Positions 25,801-40,800 of a DNA stretch of 64,000 nt are shown one piece after another (within the stretch, counting starts at the first letter, position 1; every line of letters starts with the position of its first letter). The position numbers were made by a program, and so were the translations under genes. Origin of the DNA: Phoronis australis (taxonomy: Eukaryota > Animalia > Phoronida); NCBI GenBank assembly GCA_002633005.1, contig NMRA01000546.1, positions 178,106-242,105 of the forward strand, read 5' to 3'. The notes beneath the pieces are model-generated. The model had not been told where the DNA came from and made no database searches. It worked only from the letters and a program-made list of their open reading frames with translations.

Positions 25801-28800
25801 GGCGTCCATTCCTCTACCAACCAGACCGCTTCCAGGATGATTGTGAAAATTGGCATGTATGTTTCTACTATGAAGACGACGGCTTACGATGACTTTCCGA
25901 CGACTTTGGTTTCTCCGGGTCCTGCCGCTGGCAGATTCGTTTTTTGCGCCTATGCCTGTGTATACTAACTCGTTTGCATGACATTTAGTAAAATTTTGAA
26001 GTGTATTTAGTTGATACTGACTACGGACAACGACTCTTTTAGGAAAGATCTGACAACCACTTTGCCCCTTGTGGCAATTTTATGTTTTTACGTTAACTAT
26101 GTATCTTCAAAAGTCCTCAACGGATTTTCACGTTGTCGTAAAGAATTGCTATATTTTTGGCATGTAGTGGACAAATTGTTGTTTTCGAGTTCGTTTTCCC
26201 ACCCATGTCTCTGTCAACCAAACCTCTCAGAAGATGGTTTTGAAAATTAACGTACATCTTCTCAGTTTAAAGAGGACGGCTGAAAATGAGGACTTGCATA
26301 CCGTGGCACCTCCTAGTGGTAGCTTTGCTTTGTTTAGCACCCAATGCAGGATCTTTATTTAATTTAGTAAGTGATGCTAACGACAGACAACGGCCACTTT
26401 CAGGCGGTTCTGAGAAACATTGTGTCCCCTAGGCGCTATTTCATTTTTTCATGTTTTCCTTTGCCTGGTTGTAGTTTCTCGTTAGATTTTCTTTGACATT
26501 TGGTGAAAAATCTTTCTATTGTTTTCCATTTTTGCATCATCAAGTGGCCATTTATAAACTACAAAAACAATCCTAAAAGTACACCATTTGCGGCGCATTC
26601 GTGGCCGCATTTAAACTCTCCCACTCGCTCTTGTTTTTGTTTGTCCTTACTCCACATTGTACAGGTTGCATTTGTAGACTGATTCGTATGGAGTCTTCAC
26701 AAAACCATTAGTAGTAGTAGACGCCTGCTGTTTTTCGTAATTTTTGAATTCAAATGGCAGACATGGCCTCCATTTTGTCTTAGAATTCAGGTTCAACTGC
26801 TCATAGAGATGGTAATTTTTTACGTAGGCAATTAAAAAAACGGCAGTAACGTGTACTTCAAATACACTGGAAATCATTTCTTCCTGTTAAAGATAAAGGA
26901 TATATCGACCATTGCATGCGACCCTCAATTTTGGAAAAGAAAGTTTTGTCCTGTAGAGAGTGCATTTTAGAACCAATTGCTTCCAAATATTTCATGTTGA
27001 AGTTTCATGTTGGATTTAGCGCATTTTCATCCATTTTTAACCCTCCTGCCGATTTGAATGAAAAGAGTAAATGACGTGGAATTTTGTATGTTGATTCACT
27101 GAGGTATATTGTATCAAATGATTGGCAATAATTTCCTCTCAGACTTACTGGTTTTGAGCTATTTGACTTTGGAAATATTGAAAATTTTATGGACTTTTGT
27201 TGAACTAATGCGTCAGATAGAGTTTTGAAGGCTGTTTCTATTTGTCACAAATTTTGAATTATTTGAGATTTTCATTTGTATAATGATTTTGCTGCACTTT
27301 TGGTGGTCTACCTTGCAATGAACAAGACTATAGCCTATTTCTTACTCCTTTCAGACAGCTTCATTCGGCCCATGAATGTTATCATCGTGTTCATTATCGC
27401 CATTTTAATCATCAACTTCATCATCGTCATCATCATCTCCACTGGGATATTTTCAGCTAATTTGACCAATACTCGCTACTCCGAGCGCTTTCATTGTATT
27501 CTTTATTTGATTTAATTCCCTGCAGTGTTAAGAACAATAATACACTAGATTACAAAAATAGCGTATTTGCACCGTCTTTTTTGTTAAGACCATTCATCAT
27601 ATCTCACACGTGTCACCGTTCTAAAATTCTACCGTCTTATCTTCTTGCTGTGTCCTATCAAACTCTCTTTTCTATTTTACTCCTGTTTTTGTATCTGTTC
27701 ATCATAAATACAAGTGTATCTTTGTTTACAGGAAAATGAAACTGCTTTCGACGTTTGCGAAGGACACAGTGGCATCGGCTATGTTAAGAGAATAAGGAAT
27801 ATATTAGAGGTACCCAATAAATAACTGTGCAATGGTAAAGATAGACTAATATCATCTGGTCGCATTTTTATGAACTGGCGCCACCTGTTCGACAACTGAT
27901 CTGCTTAAACGTCAGTTGAAGTTGTGTTCAATCCAATAAGCAAATTCTTATTCAGACCACAGTTCACGTATTTGTAAAATTGCTTCCAACTTGTTCTGCA
28001 CTTGGATGTGGAATCAATTCTGACTTGGCACAGAGCTGATCCTTTGATGATCGACAATATCACGTCATGAAAAGGTAGCTTGAAGAGCCTGGCCTTAAAC
28101 CAATTACCGTCAGAGTTCTTTTGAAGCCAGTCACATTCAAATTGTCTAAGTAACAATTTACTCCCCAGTATGGCTGGCTGCTGTACTTCAGCGTATTTTG
28201 GTTAGCACGTTGTACTCTACGGACAGTCAGATTGAAACATATCTGAATCACACTTCCAGAAAGACATGGAAGTGGAACAACAAAGACAAGGTTGTGGGGT
28301 TGAAGGTATACCACCAGCCTCTGGAGGAGCGACCACGTTTTCACATGACCAAACTTTAGGTGGGAGTGCTGTTCCGACTGAGGAACAGTTTATAGCAGCA
28401 GGCCAACTTGAAGCTTTTAACAATTCAAAAGGCAAAACCATCACTGAAGGTGAAACGGACGACGCAATAGAAGTAAGTGATATTCGCTGAAAGTTTTTAA
28501 GCTCTTTCTTATTTTTTATTGGACGGATGTCAATTCCCTGTAACAAAAATGGCCTCTGGCTACATGAAAAATAACACAGTGGATTACAGAAATAGCAACC
28601 GTAAATTTAAAGTTGCACACGTCAAGTGTCATTTCGCATGCCATGTTTTTTATCTTGGAAGCTGATAGTGGACAATTAAAATAATATTCATTTTGATCAC
28701 ATATTCCTGTTTGGTTTGTTTTTTCTAGTGACAGCATTTTCCCTACTTGATTTCATAGATTATTGTGAAAATTGTTAGAGTTAAAAAGAGCTGACACCAT

Positions 28801-31800
28801 TGCTTGAAACCACGCTCAACATACAAATGATGCGCCGTAAATAGTCACTGTGTTGAACTGTTGATCATTCCGAGCAGGGAAATAATGCGTTATTTGAATG
28901 TGAAACAAGTTGTGACCATACTAACATCTAGCCAAAACCTTGTGTTATCTTTTAAAATGCTCAGCAATACTTCACGTTATCTTGCAGTCTTACTTTTAAC
29001 GAGGTCCTAACGTTATTGAATTCACTGAGGCATGTTTAAAAGCAGAAAATAAATTAGTACATTATAAAGTATGCCAATCGATTTTGGAGGCGGTTGACGG
29101 ATATGGAATAATTTTAACTCGTAGGCGGCTGAAAGCTTTTTGCTTCGACGTCTTACACCTCTATCTCACCTTAGCGACCGTATATTAAAGGTACCAAAAA
29201 CTAACAATGATTGCGATACCTGTAAATACTGTACATGTAGCCAAAGCCATGTGTTTCCATTTAAAATGCACTGCAATACACAAATTCTTACTTTTTAACA
29301 AGGTCCTAGAGTTATTGAACTCACTGAGGCCTGTTTACAAGCAAAAAGTGGATTCATCCATGTATAAAGTATGTCAATCAATTTTGGAAGGGACTGACTG
29401 GTTCTGAATAAATTAAACTTGTAGGCGGCTGAAATATTTTTGCTTGGGCGTCCTACACAACTAATTTACCCTAGTTTCAGTATATTAATGATGCCGAGAA
29501 AATAATGTTCCTATAGATGTCAGTACTGTACAACGGCAACAATAGAACACAATTATGAACTGCCTTCACATGTTTAATTGTCTACTGATACACTTGGGCG
29601 TCCACGAACCCTTGTTCTGTCCAAGAATCGACTTTTTGAGTAGAACCACGTTCCACGTATTTTTAAAATTGGTTTCAACTTAATCCGTACCAGACGAGGA
29701 AGAATTCCAGGTTTTGCAAAGAGCCGTTTGTTATTCGACGAGGTTACGAGCTGTGCACAAACTAACACCACGTGACAAGTAAGCTTGTGGAGCGTGATCT
29801 CAAAGCAATGACTGTCAGGTCCTTTGAAGGCCTGATCTGATCTTCAAATTGATTAAGAGCAGTTAACACCGCAGTTTGGCTCGCTGGTGTATTTTAACTT
29901 ATTTTGGTTGCCACGTTATACTTTGTGGACAGTCCGATTAAAAGATATTCGACAATTACATTTGTATGCGTTGAATTTTGTTTCGTTTCAGGAAGAGTCG
30001 ACAAGCGGAACGCCAACGGCTTTTCTACTGACGTCCCATGCAACAGGTAAGAAAGATTGAGTTTCCATAGCGTGAATTTGACCACCTTCGTGGCGCATAC
30101 CGGAAAAGCGCTCTGTAGCCCTATTTTCACTAAAAAGCAAGATACCTGAAGACTTCGGAAAATCACTGTAATGAAACGCTTGCGTTTCATAAGTATGCTA
30201 GCGAGCTTTCTAGCCTGACCTACAGTAGAAAAAATGGTGATCGCTGAACGAACTTCAATGTTGGTGAGAGTGGATTGTCCAATAAGCTGGAATTTTTCGC
30301 CTACAGCTTAAACGAATATCTCACAACCTATTACCTTACCCTCACGGCCAAAACGAAACATCGGCACTCACAATAATGGAAACGGCGAAATCAGTACCCT
30401 TATACAATATTTTGACATCAACTTTCATTCACTTTGACTGGCACTATTCATTACGTCCACGGATTTGCCATCATGCCTGGAAATGAGGTGATGTGTCAAA
30501 ACTACGAATGGTTCGGCATGTTTGGAAACCCACGCTTTCACGTTTGCGTGGTTAAAACAGATATCGTTTCCTAAACAACAATCATTTTTTTAGCGTCATC
30601 AAAGTGTGGGAATAAAGAAATTTACCTGGATATGCAAGTTAGCTTCCAAGCATACACTTGCACCTTTGTATCCCATGCACGTTGGACGTTCTTGGTATAC
30701 ATGTATTGTACTTGTTTTACTTGGTACCTCACTTTGGGCACGCCTTTCCGGTCGGCTGGGATGCACTCTACAGAGGAGGACATCGTCAAACAGTAAAATT
30801 ACGAATCTGTATTGTATTTTTAAATGTTCTCTCTTTAAAAAACTACTGTCGTGTTTTCGTCAGTATCTTTTGAAGAATCACACCATCATGGACAGGGTTC
30901 CAAGTACAATGTACTAGAAATATTTTGTAGTGGTAACTTTGCATTAACCAAGTATACACTACGTATGGCATACATGTAGAAGTAATTGTACAACGTAAGG
31001 TGCCAGGGTAAAAGGTGCTTTTTTGGCAAGTTATCGTTTATCTAAATTATAATCTATAGATGCCTTTTGAGTACCATTAGATGTACAGATATTGTTATTC
31101 CGCAAAACTTCAAATTTGATGAACCGTTGTTAGTAAGACAAAACAACACTTACACTAATTAGAAATGAGATTGCTTTATTAAAAATACTTAAAACTTTTG
31201 CTTGCAGTTGGGTCACGTAATCGTGTTTGAATCAGAGTAGCAAAAATAGTCGTTCGTTGCAAAACTACTGCATGGTTTTAATAACACGGTTAATTTTCGT
31301 TTAATGTAAATGTTCACGATGAAGACCATATTACTGTCCTTAAAGTTATTTTTTCGTGTTTATTCCATCCACAATTTGAGTCCTGCTAAATTGTAAGCCT
31401 TGAAAACAATTATCAACAAAATAAATTAAAGAGCGATGAATCAAACATGGTGTGTGAAAGCTTCATATTGATACGGTCATTTCTTTTTGCGACAAGACGT
31501 TAGCTAAGAATGGACATTTTTAAGAGTACTGGTTGACCTTAAAGGGGCATTGAACTGTAAATTTGTAAAAACTACATTTCAAAATGTCGTGGATAACCTT
31601 CTTCACGGGGAGGCTAAATGTGAGCGTTTTACATCTTGAATATTGCCAGAGGAAATGTGGCGTGCGTTCAAAAAGTCGGGTTGGCTACCACTTGAACTCT
31701 CCATTGTTTTGTTTACATCAAGGGTCATAGGGCACATGTAAGGGCAGTTTTCGGACACCCTTGCGCTCTGGTAGCCGTATCAATTTCCGGTCCGTTTCCT

Positions 31801-34800
31801 CCGTATTTTGGTCTTTGTTTCATGGAAGGACGATAGAGTAAGCACATTTACTTTTTTAGAGAGATTTTCTTTTTTAATTTATTACTAGAGTCGGTCCTTT
31901 AGTTAAATTATACCGACTTTTTGTTAAGACTACATGCACTTCTTGCTGGCTGCATTTCTTGTATAGACGAGTGGATAAACAATTGGACAGTACACAGGAA
32001 TCAAAATGGGAATCCAAAACGACATGGCAACAGTTATGCACTCAGGCGGTATCGTTACGTTTTCAGTTATGGCCGTCATTCACAACTCGTTCCTCACTGG
32101 ATGTGTAGGGTATCGCAGTCACTGAAATAGACGAGAATGGTCGATCATTTTCTAATTTCGGCCGAGGTACAACATTGTGTTCATTAGACTAGCGTTTTAT
32201 TATCAAACAGAACGAAACCTTATAGCGTGCACATGTTGTTTGATTTTGTGTTCTTTGCTTTGAAATGTTTCGTTTGGTGTAAACACTCAAAATCGACTTC
32301 AAATGAAACTCTAAAATTTCATGGCTGGCAAAGAGATCATCTCCTTAACGTGCCTTATTTCAATTGTATGCACTGGACATGATTTACTTTTGACAAAAGG
32401 CGGCCCTCAAACCGACTTGGCCAAAGTGCCATTAGTTCAAACCTTTCTTCAGTCCGAAAAACTCGCGTGAAATTTAAACACTTAACGGGGCCCAGCGGTT
32501 CTGCCTTATTTGGAATGGAACGTTGGAAAATTGCACTATTAAGGTTATGGTATCCTGAAAACAGCTGGTCAATTTATCGTCAATAAATCATATTAAATTG
32601 TGGGTATACGTGTTTATGCATACGGTCAATGGAGTTGGGACGCTTTTTTAGAAGTGGGTATACGTGTTTATGCATGCGGTCACTCACTTTATCTGATCAG
32701 AAAATTTTCTCTATGTCTGGGTCTGAAAAAAGGTCAGATTTCTTACCAAAAACTCTCCTTGTGCATATTATTGCTGGACACTTGTTCCAGTAAACACTGC
32801 TTATACAGTACATGCGAACCGTGTTCGATCCCCTACCTTGCTTACAACAATCATTAGTACTCCATGTGTGACTTAATTGTTTGTGTTTAATAGTTTTACC
32901 ATGTTCCTAAATCTTGCACAACCAAGAGCTGCGCAATGTAAAGTACTGAATATCTTCAACTGGGACAAACTGGCTACGTGACGTAAATTCCAGCACCCTT
33001 CCGTATTCCTTTAAAATCTGGACAACTTTACACATACAGTCTTTTTGACTCTCACAAGTGACAGGCATCAGACCTTAAGTGCACAAAGTAAATGTGACTG
33101 GGACAAAATATGGTACTTTATTCCACCTTTCCTCCTTCAGGACTCTAGGACATCCATAGTTATAACCCGTTTTGATAACTGGGATTTCCCGTCGCGTAAA
33201 ATCAACGACAGCACCTCAATTATGCTAATATAGCCTGATTTCAAACAGCATACGACTACTCCAGTTTTGATCAAGGTTAATGTTGTTTTTCAAGAAATTT
33301 GAATGTACACACTGTCTACAAGTATAACCAGTAAATACAAAAAAAAACATCCATGTAAATTACGATTTAAAGCAAAGACCACAACTGAGACACTTAAACA
33401 ACATAGAGAACCGTATACTAGCACTTTCAATTACGACGCAATCATTATTTGATAACGAAATGAACAATAAAAAAACCGTGTCTTCTTTCATTAGGCAAGC
33501 ATGAAATATCTCCGTGTCCATTTACATGAAACAGTTTTGCAAAACGAGATATTTGAGAGTGTAGTTGAATGCGAGTCAAAGAACATGTTGCGCGGGACAG
33601 TATAGAACTTTATTTCGCAATGCGTTACAAGTGATATGTTTGTCAGTCTGATCGTTCGTGGAACTCGAACACACATAATATTCAGTAACAGTTCAAACAC
33701 ACATACACGGAACTCGGAAAGTAGACCATATTAAAGACAAATTAAAAGCAAAGCGGTAAATGACATTAAATAACTAGAAAGACTATTGTCACGGCTTGAC
33801 AATAACGGACTCTGCGCGTGCGTATTACTGGAATTATTATGGAAAGTTACTGACAGCAACCCATTTACCAATATGAAAAGGAATTCTTTAAAATTGTAGG
33901 AGAAATTACACATTAATTTTTTGATGACCTTTCCACTAATTGACCTCTTCCAGTGCATTATGAGCCCCCGATGAGGGAGTAATTGTTGACTCGATTAAAA
34001 GTGTGGTTAATACTAATAATCACAGATGTTTTACTTTAAGCACTTCAGAATACAAGATGAATGAAGTGGTCAAACTTTCAGAAGAAAAATGCACCTAATG
34101 ACCCCATGGGTGCACCAAATGACCTGAAAATTTAGAATTCAAACTTAATCGTACTGAGTAAACAGATACAGTACGTAATTCTGAAGTCTCTGGCTCAAAA
34201 TTTTAGTTTGCAGTCAATGACCTTTGACCTATTTTTTTCTGATTTGTTAGGCCTATTGGCATGTTGACTTACACCTGTGTGCTGAAATTGAAAAGAATTC
34301 CTTGAAAAACGTAAGACATATAACATTTTGAACGTTACATGACCTTTGCACTAATTGACCTTGTCCGGTGCATTTTAAGCATTTTTAGGAAAATTATTGC
34401 AAAGCCCATGGAAAATGTGTTTAACGCTGAGAATTACAGTTGTCTAACGGTTGACACATCAGAATAATTGCTGATTGAAAAGGACAAATTTTCAGAAGAA
34501 AAATGCACCTAATGACCCCATGTTTGCACTAAATGACCTGAAATTTTGGATTCCGGTTTGATTTACTTGTGGCAATCAGACCTGTCAATTTGAAGGGTCT
34601 AGCTTAAAATTTTAGTTTGCACCTAATGACCTTTGACCTATTTCACCTGATTGGATGACTCGATTACTTAGAAAAGTAATTTTTTAAATTGTCATTTTGA
34701 CTTATACCTGTGCACCAAATTTGAAAAAGATAGCTTTATAACTGAAGGAGGAGTAGCATTTTGAAAATTATACATGTATGACCTTTGCACCAAAAGACCT

Positions 34801-37800
34801 CTTCCGGTGCAATATGACCGTACCTGCACCCAATTTGGAGCTATTAAGCCTCAAAGTTGGTCGGAAGAAGAATAAGAATGAGAATAAGAATAAGAAGAAT
34901 AAAATTGAAGAAAACCCAGGAACAACAGTACTCTGCGCTTACACGTGCAGAGTAATAACTTAATGATGTCTTGAGCCTCCAGCAACTCAAATCACATCCG
35001 ACCAGTATGACAACATTCACAGGAGGGCCTCAACATGCCGGATAACCCGGGTGTGATCTCAGCGACCTGAGTGCACTCGGCCATTTATAAACAAATTAGC
35101 ATTCACAGAACTCAGTGCGTGGTAGGCGGAGCTAAGTTCATTCACAGTAAATATCAAAGGAAGGGAATTGTATTTCTATAAGAAGAACAAAGACAAGGCG
35201 ATTTACTTCTCGTTGAAGGCAACATGTCACCACGTGTACAGCACCATTCTTTTTCAATTTGCTGGTGCTTCAATATGAGTCAGGTTCAATGTTAATAACT
35301 CATCTGGTTTTGTAGAAATTTGTGTGAGAAAATAATGACGTGCGATGTCTTCAGCCAGAGTTCAGCAGTTTAGGACTAACCCGTTGCTCTTTTGTGGGCA
35401 TTTATTGTCATNGTGTTTAACGCTGAGAATTACAGTTGTCTAACGGTTGACACATCAGAATAATTGCTGATTGAAAAGGACAAATTTTAAGAAGAAAAAT
35501 GCACCTAATGACCCCATGTTTGCACTAAATGACCTGAAATTTTGGATTCCGGTTTGATTTACTTGTGGCAATCAGACCTGTCAATTTGAAGGGTCTAGTA
35601 TAAAAATTTAGTTTGCACCTAATGACCTTTGACCTATTTCACCTGATTGGATGACTCGATTACTTAGAAAAGTAATTTTTTAAATTGTCATTTTGACTTA
35701 TACCTGTGCACCAAATTTTAAAAAGATAGCTTTATAACTGAAGGAGGAGTAGCATTTTGAAAATTATATGACCTGTTGTAATAGAAAGGGGTCGGCTGGC
35801 TAAGCAGACACACAAGTTCGGGCCTATTAACACGGTGCAAGAGCAAAGTCTGGAGAATACTCACATTGCGTCCGCACAGGACGGCAGCGAACTCCAGAAG
35901 GCCCAGACGATCTTGTCACGTGGTCTTGATGGTTGACTCGTCACGTGATAGGAGTATGACCTCGGCTGGGCTCTTCTGGCGTTAGATGTCGCACCAGGCC
36001 AAGACCAACATTGTTAACAAAAGGACATCACAACATAGAGACGCCACAGCCGAGACTAACGTCGACATTTACTACATTCCTCCCTTCCCTAAAGAAAAGG
36101 AGTGGAGCCCTTATAGTAAATGGCGAACGTCATTCCCAACCTCTAAACATAAACCCTTGACCTATGATTGCAGTGACAAGACCTTAAACCCTATAACTAA
36201 CATGATGAAGAGTGACCTTGTAAAGAATTACTGATTAAAATTAAATCCAACTATTCTCCCCCCCTACCAAAAAAACACTAACAAATAAGACACACAGTCA
36301 TAGCATATATCCACTATAATAGTCGAACATGACTAAAAACAGGAAAAAAAAAGAAAAATATGCCCCACTAATACAAGTACCAGGGGGCATAGAATTTCTG
36401 GACTATGATATGACAACACTCTTATTGTTGGTGATGACATGGCGAGAGNTATACACAAATACATGCACATACAAATTAAAAAATATGTTAAGATTACAAT
36501 GACTTATGATTGCGAATGTAAAAAATCATTTTCATGCATACACATGCATAAAACTCTATAAAGAAATTTTGATACTATTTGGAATAAAACCCTATTTTCA
36601 TTTGGGTTGAGTTCTTGACCTTATTGAAGAAATTATATTTGTTGTACAATTGTGTAATTTCAGATTTTTTTGTAAATATTAAGGTATTGTATAACACACC
36701 CAATAAATTTTTCATGGTTTAGTGCATGTCATGCGCGTCTGCTGTTTCAAATACTATAAAACCAACCATCAACAGGCTGTATTGATGTTTTGGGCTAGAA
36801 ATGGTTAGGCGTACTTGTTATTAGTGTCAACTTAGCGTTGACGTTAAGGGAATGGAAATGCTAGTCTTGGCTCGAAGTTAAAAGCTTAATTTCAATGTTT
36901 TTTGTTGTAAGCCGATGGATTTAACAGTGGAGCTTGGACGCGATGGTACACCTGAAAGGGTCACTACAGTCGTATTACACCACTGGGTGGCGCTTAACAT
37001 TGACTGTTGAAACTTATTCAAATTTAACCTTTCCTTCTGTTACGGCAGACGGTAATTAACAAACTAACAAAATCATTGGTTTTAACCCCAAAGCCACAGT
37101 TTGTATGCAATTATTACGCAATAAAAGATAGTGCGTTTAAACTGCCAAACTACTCCATGTTATATTAATTGGGTGAAAAGTGAATGTCGACTAGCTAAAC
37201 GTCTTTACAAATCCAAAATATTTGAACAGCTCCTGAAGTTTTCGCTAAACTTTCCGCTTGCCAGCAATAAGTATTTAAGAAAAGTGAAAGAAGAGCAAAA
37301 TGTGAGTTAAAGTGTGACAAAATAACCATCGTATACTCAGAACAAGTAAATGCCAGTCGTAGCAATCACATTCAACTTAAACTGTCCAGCTAACACTGCA
37401 CGTGCAAATCCCTAATGAGCTTGCCACAGGTAGAAATTAATCCGTCACTTAAGATATTGAGGACCACTAGGACTACATTTTACTCGAACTTTATTTCAAA
37501 TCAAACGGCAGTCTCATCAATGATGGTGAGATTTATATCAACCTAAGCATTAAATCCAAAAGTTAAATATTGATAAACTAAATTATGGTTCCAATTGTTA
37601 TTTGATTGACGATACTTTATAAGAAATCAGAATCCATACAGACCCAGAACTTTTTTCCAATATTCTATGATTTGGATGAATTAAATTTCATAGAATCACC
37701 GTTTTCACAATGGGGCCTCTCAAACTTAAATCTTGCCCTGTGAAAGACCAATGTTTACCTCTTTTGTTCAATAACGTGAGTCTTTGTTTTGTGTAGAATA

Positions 37801-40800
37801 AGAATTTTGCAACGAAGGGCAAATTTCATATAACATATTTTTAAGACAATTTTGGGATGACAACCAATTCTACGGCACTATTTTAAACTTTCGAATTTTG
37901 AAGTAGAGTTTAAGCATGACTACATAACAGGCCTGAATAATGAGGGCAAGTATGAATTTTGTTTAAAATCATATTTTTTCGAAAACTGGAAATTCCATAG
38001 TATATTAAAGAAGTTTGATTGTATTTAAAAAAACAAAGGCAACACGATTTATTTATCTTTGAAGACAGAACTTTTCCATATATACAGTAGCGTACCTCTT
38101 CGCTTTTTGCTTTGCTGTTCTTTACCGCTTCTTCAAAGTGGGTAAAATTACAACAATGGTGTGAGATATAAATAAAATTGATGTGAGAAAAACATGGAAT
38201 CAAAAATGATTGTGAATGTTTCTCAATTTCTCTTAGTTACGTGCAGTACATTTAACCAGTAACATTTGTCAAATCTGCATTTACATGTAGTTTGTTGACA
38301 TTGCTTGTCTCGAGGATAGTGCTTCATACCTCCCTTACATTAAAGGTAGTCGCCCTCTCTAATAGAAATCAAGCGGGGGTTCAGCAACGCTAGGACCTAA
38401 GCTAGGACCTAGCTTGAACCTACCCAAAGCCATGTGTTCCCATTTAAAATATATAACAAGATCTCATGAAATCTCCCGAAGTCTTGCCTTTTAGTGAGGT
38501 CATCGCGTTACTGAACGGGAGCAGGATTCGTGGAGCTCCTACTTTTCCTTATTTTGTCAATTTTTAAAACAATTTCTACTTCCTATACTAGTTCTTTAGA
38601 TTCTTACCTTTTAAAAATGGTATGGGAAAATATTCATTCTTTTTTAATTTTCCTCAATTTCGTAATTTCTGACTACCTAATTGCGCTCAATAACTGGAAA
38701 TCATAACCTGTGTAAAATGTAACATATCATTTAAGCTCGATTTTTGGTTCACTTAAATTTCACCTATTATTCACATGAATACCAAATTGTCTTCAAAGCC
38801 GAGCCAAAGATGAATCAAGTGTTTTCAACACCTATGCATTTTGAAATGGTGACAGATTTATTTTTGTTTATATTTTAAGCAAAAACCATTAACTGTTGTC
38901 AAATGTCTGACATTTTCTAAATATCCAAAAACTATAAAGACAGCTCTTCATACCAATTCCTAAAACTATACAGTACATCGATATATCCATCCGCTGGCAA
39001 AGGTTCTACTTGAAATGTGTCTGTGATATGTATGAGGAGTTTTCGACTTTAGTTTAACCTTATCTTTCCTCGACCCAAGTAATCTATTCGGAATTTAAAG
39101 CTTTCACTAAAAGCATTCCGATGCGATTCATCGAACAACCGGTAGTTTTAGGAAACATCATCCGTAAGCTAGAGTTTACAAAAGGTGCGAATCGTTACCT
39201 TCTGGTGTACTAATTTCATCAGTTACTGACGAGAACAAGATGCATGTATGCAGGTTCTAGGACCATCGTACGACCTAAAATACAAGTCCTATATAATGTT
39301 TCATGAGCTCTATTGAATCGAACGTCACTTGCAAGAACTTTTTAAGAAGCTCGTCAGAATCAGTGCTCTCTCTTTAAATTTCTGCGAACTCATGACACTT
39401 GACGTAAAACCAGAGTGTGTTTAGAACAAACTAATTGCTATGAAACACTTCGCAACTATAAAATGTATATTTATGACTGAAAACTGGTGCATCAACCAGA
39501 ATGTTTGTCTGTCTGACGTAGGATTCTGTCCTCAGACTACCGTGGAGCCAAATAAGGTCAATTACACTGTACCCCAAAAATCCTGTTTCAAAACATTTGA
39601 CACGACCTCATGGTAATTTTACCCGATGAATGCACTGTGTAACCTGAATAAATTAATCAGTTTCAGCTCCAAAAGCACGTGCTCCGAAAACTCATTACGA
39701 GATCGACATTTTTCAAAAGCATGACGACCTGTCCGAGAAGCCAGTAAATCGGCCACGTTCGCCTGTGGATGAAAGGGAGAATGGTGCGTATTGTTATCTT
39801 TAGTGTAGTAGCTACACTGAAACATGTACTTTCATAAAGTATTAATTACTCAAATATTTGAGAGTGCGCTGACGCGTACATTACGAGAACTATTTCTGTC
39901 AAGTTTCGTTAAAGCTCCAACGTATGATAAAGGATGTTATTGAAAGAGCAAATACAAAATTACTTATGCAAATGTTGCGAACCCTTATGTGAAGATGGAA
40001 GTGATCGCTATTAAAATCACTATTAAGACACAGAACAGTGTTTTAGTGGACTGTCGCTTCAATTCCTCCCAGAATTTGATAAATGTCAATTTTTATCCTT
40101 ATAGCGATTATAAATGGAACGACTGGTGGTGTTATTCGCTGGAAAGAGGTTGAATTTAGAGTACCTTCAAATGCAGTATGTGGACACATACACGTTGAAA
40201 TAGTAGATCAGCCGTTATTAGTGCAAGCAGTGATTGACAACACGAACGGCAGGGCTACACTCCATCGTCAGAGAATATGCGTGACTTGTGCGGATGAAGA
40301 TGTGATATTCTCAGAGCCAGTCGAAGTGCGAGTGACTGTTAGAACAATGTTGGAAGGACTATATCTCCAACAACTAGACAGAGAAGGCTTTTGCATATTG
40401 CGTGAAAAGAATGGTGAAGTAACGGATGTTACTGAAGAGTGCAATGTCAGGGTACAAGGAGAAGAAATATTTTTCTACTGCAAAACATTTTCGATTTTTC
40501 GTACTGCATGGGTGGGCGCTGCCAAACTTCTCAGGCCCATCAAAAATATTATATTTACGTCGTACTCGTGTAAGTTATGCCCGTACATAGAAGGTGAACC
40601 TCATGGAGGGTTGACAATTATGGTATTTTGCCATGGCATCGATGTCGTCTGTTCTGCTAACCTTCAACATGAATGCATACGTGAAAGCTGGTGCTTGACA
40701 GATAAAACCTCACTCATCTTTGAAGTTGAGTGCCTGGGCGTTAAGAGTAACGAAATGAAACTGATCTCGCATGAGTTTGAGCTTGATAGAGACTGTTGTG

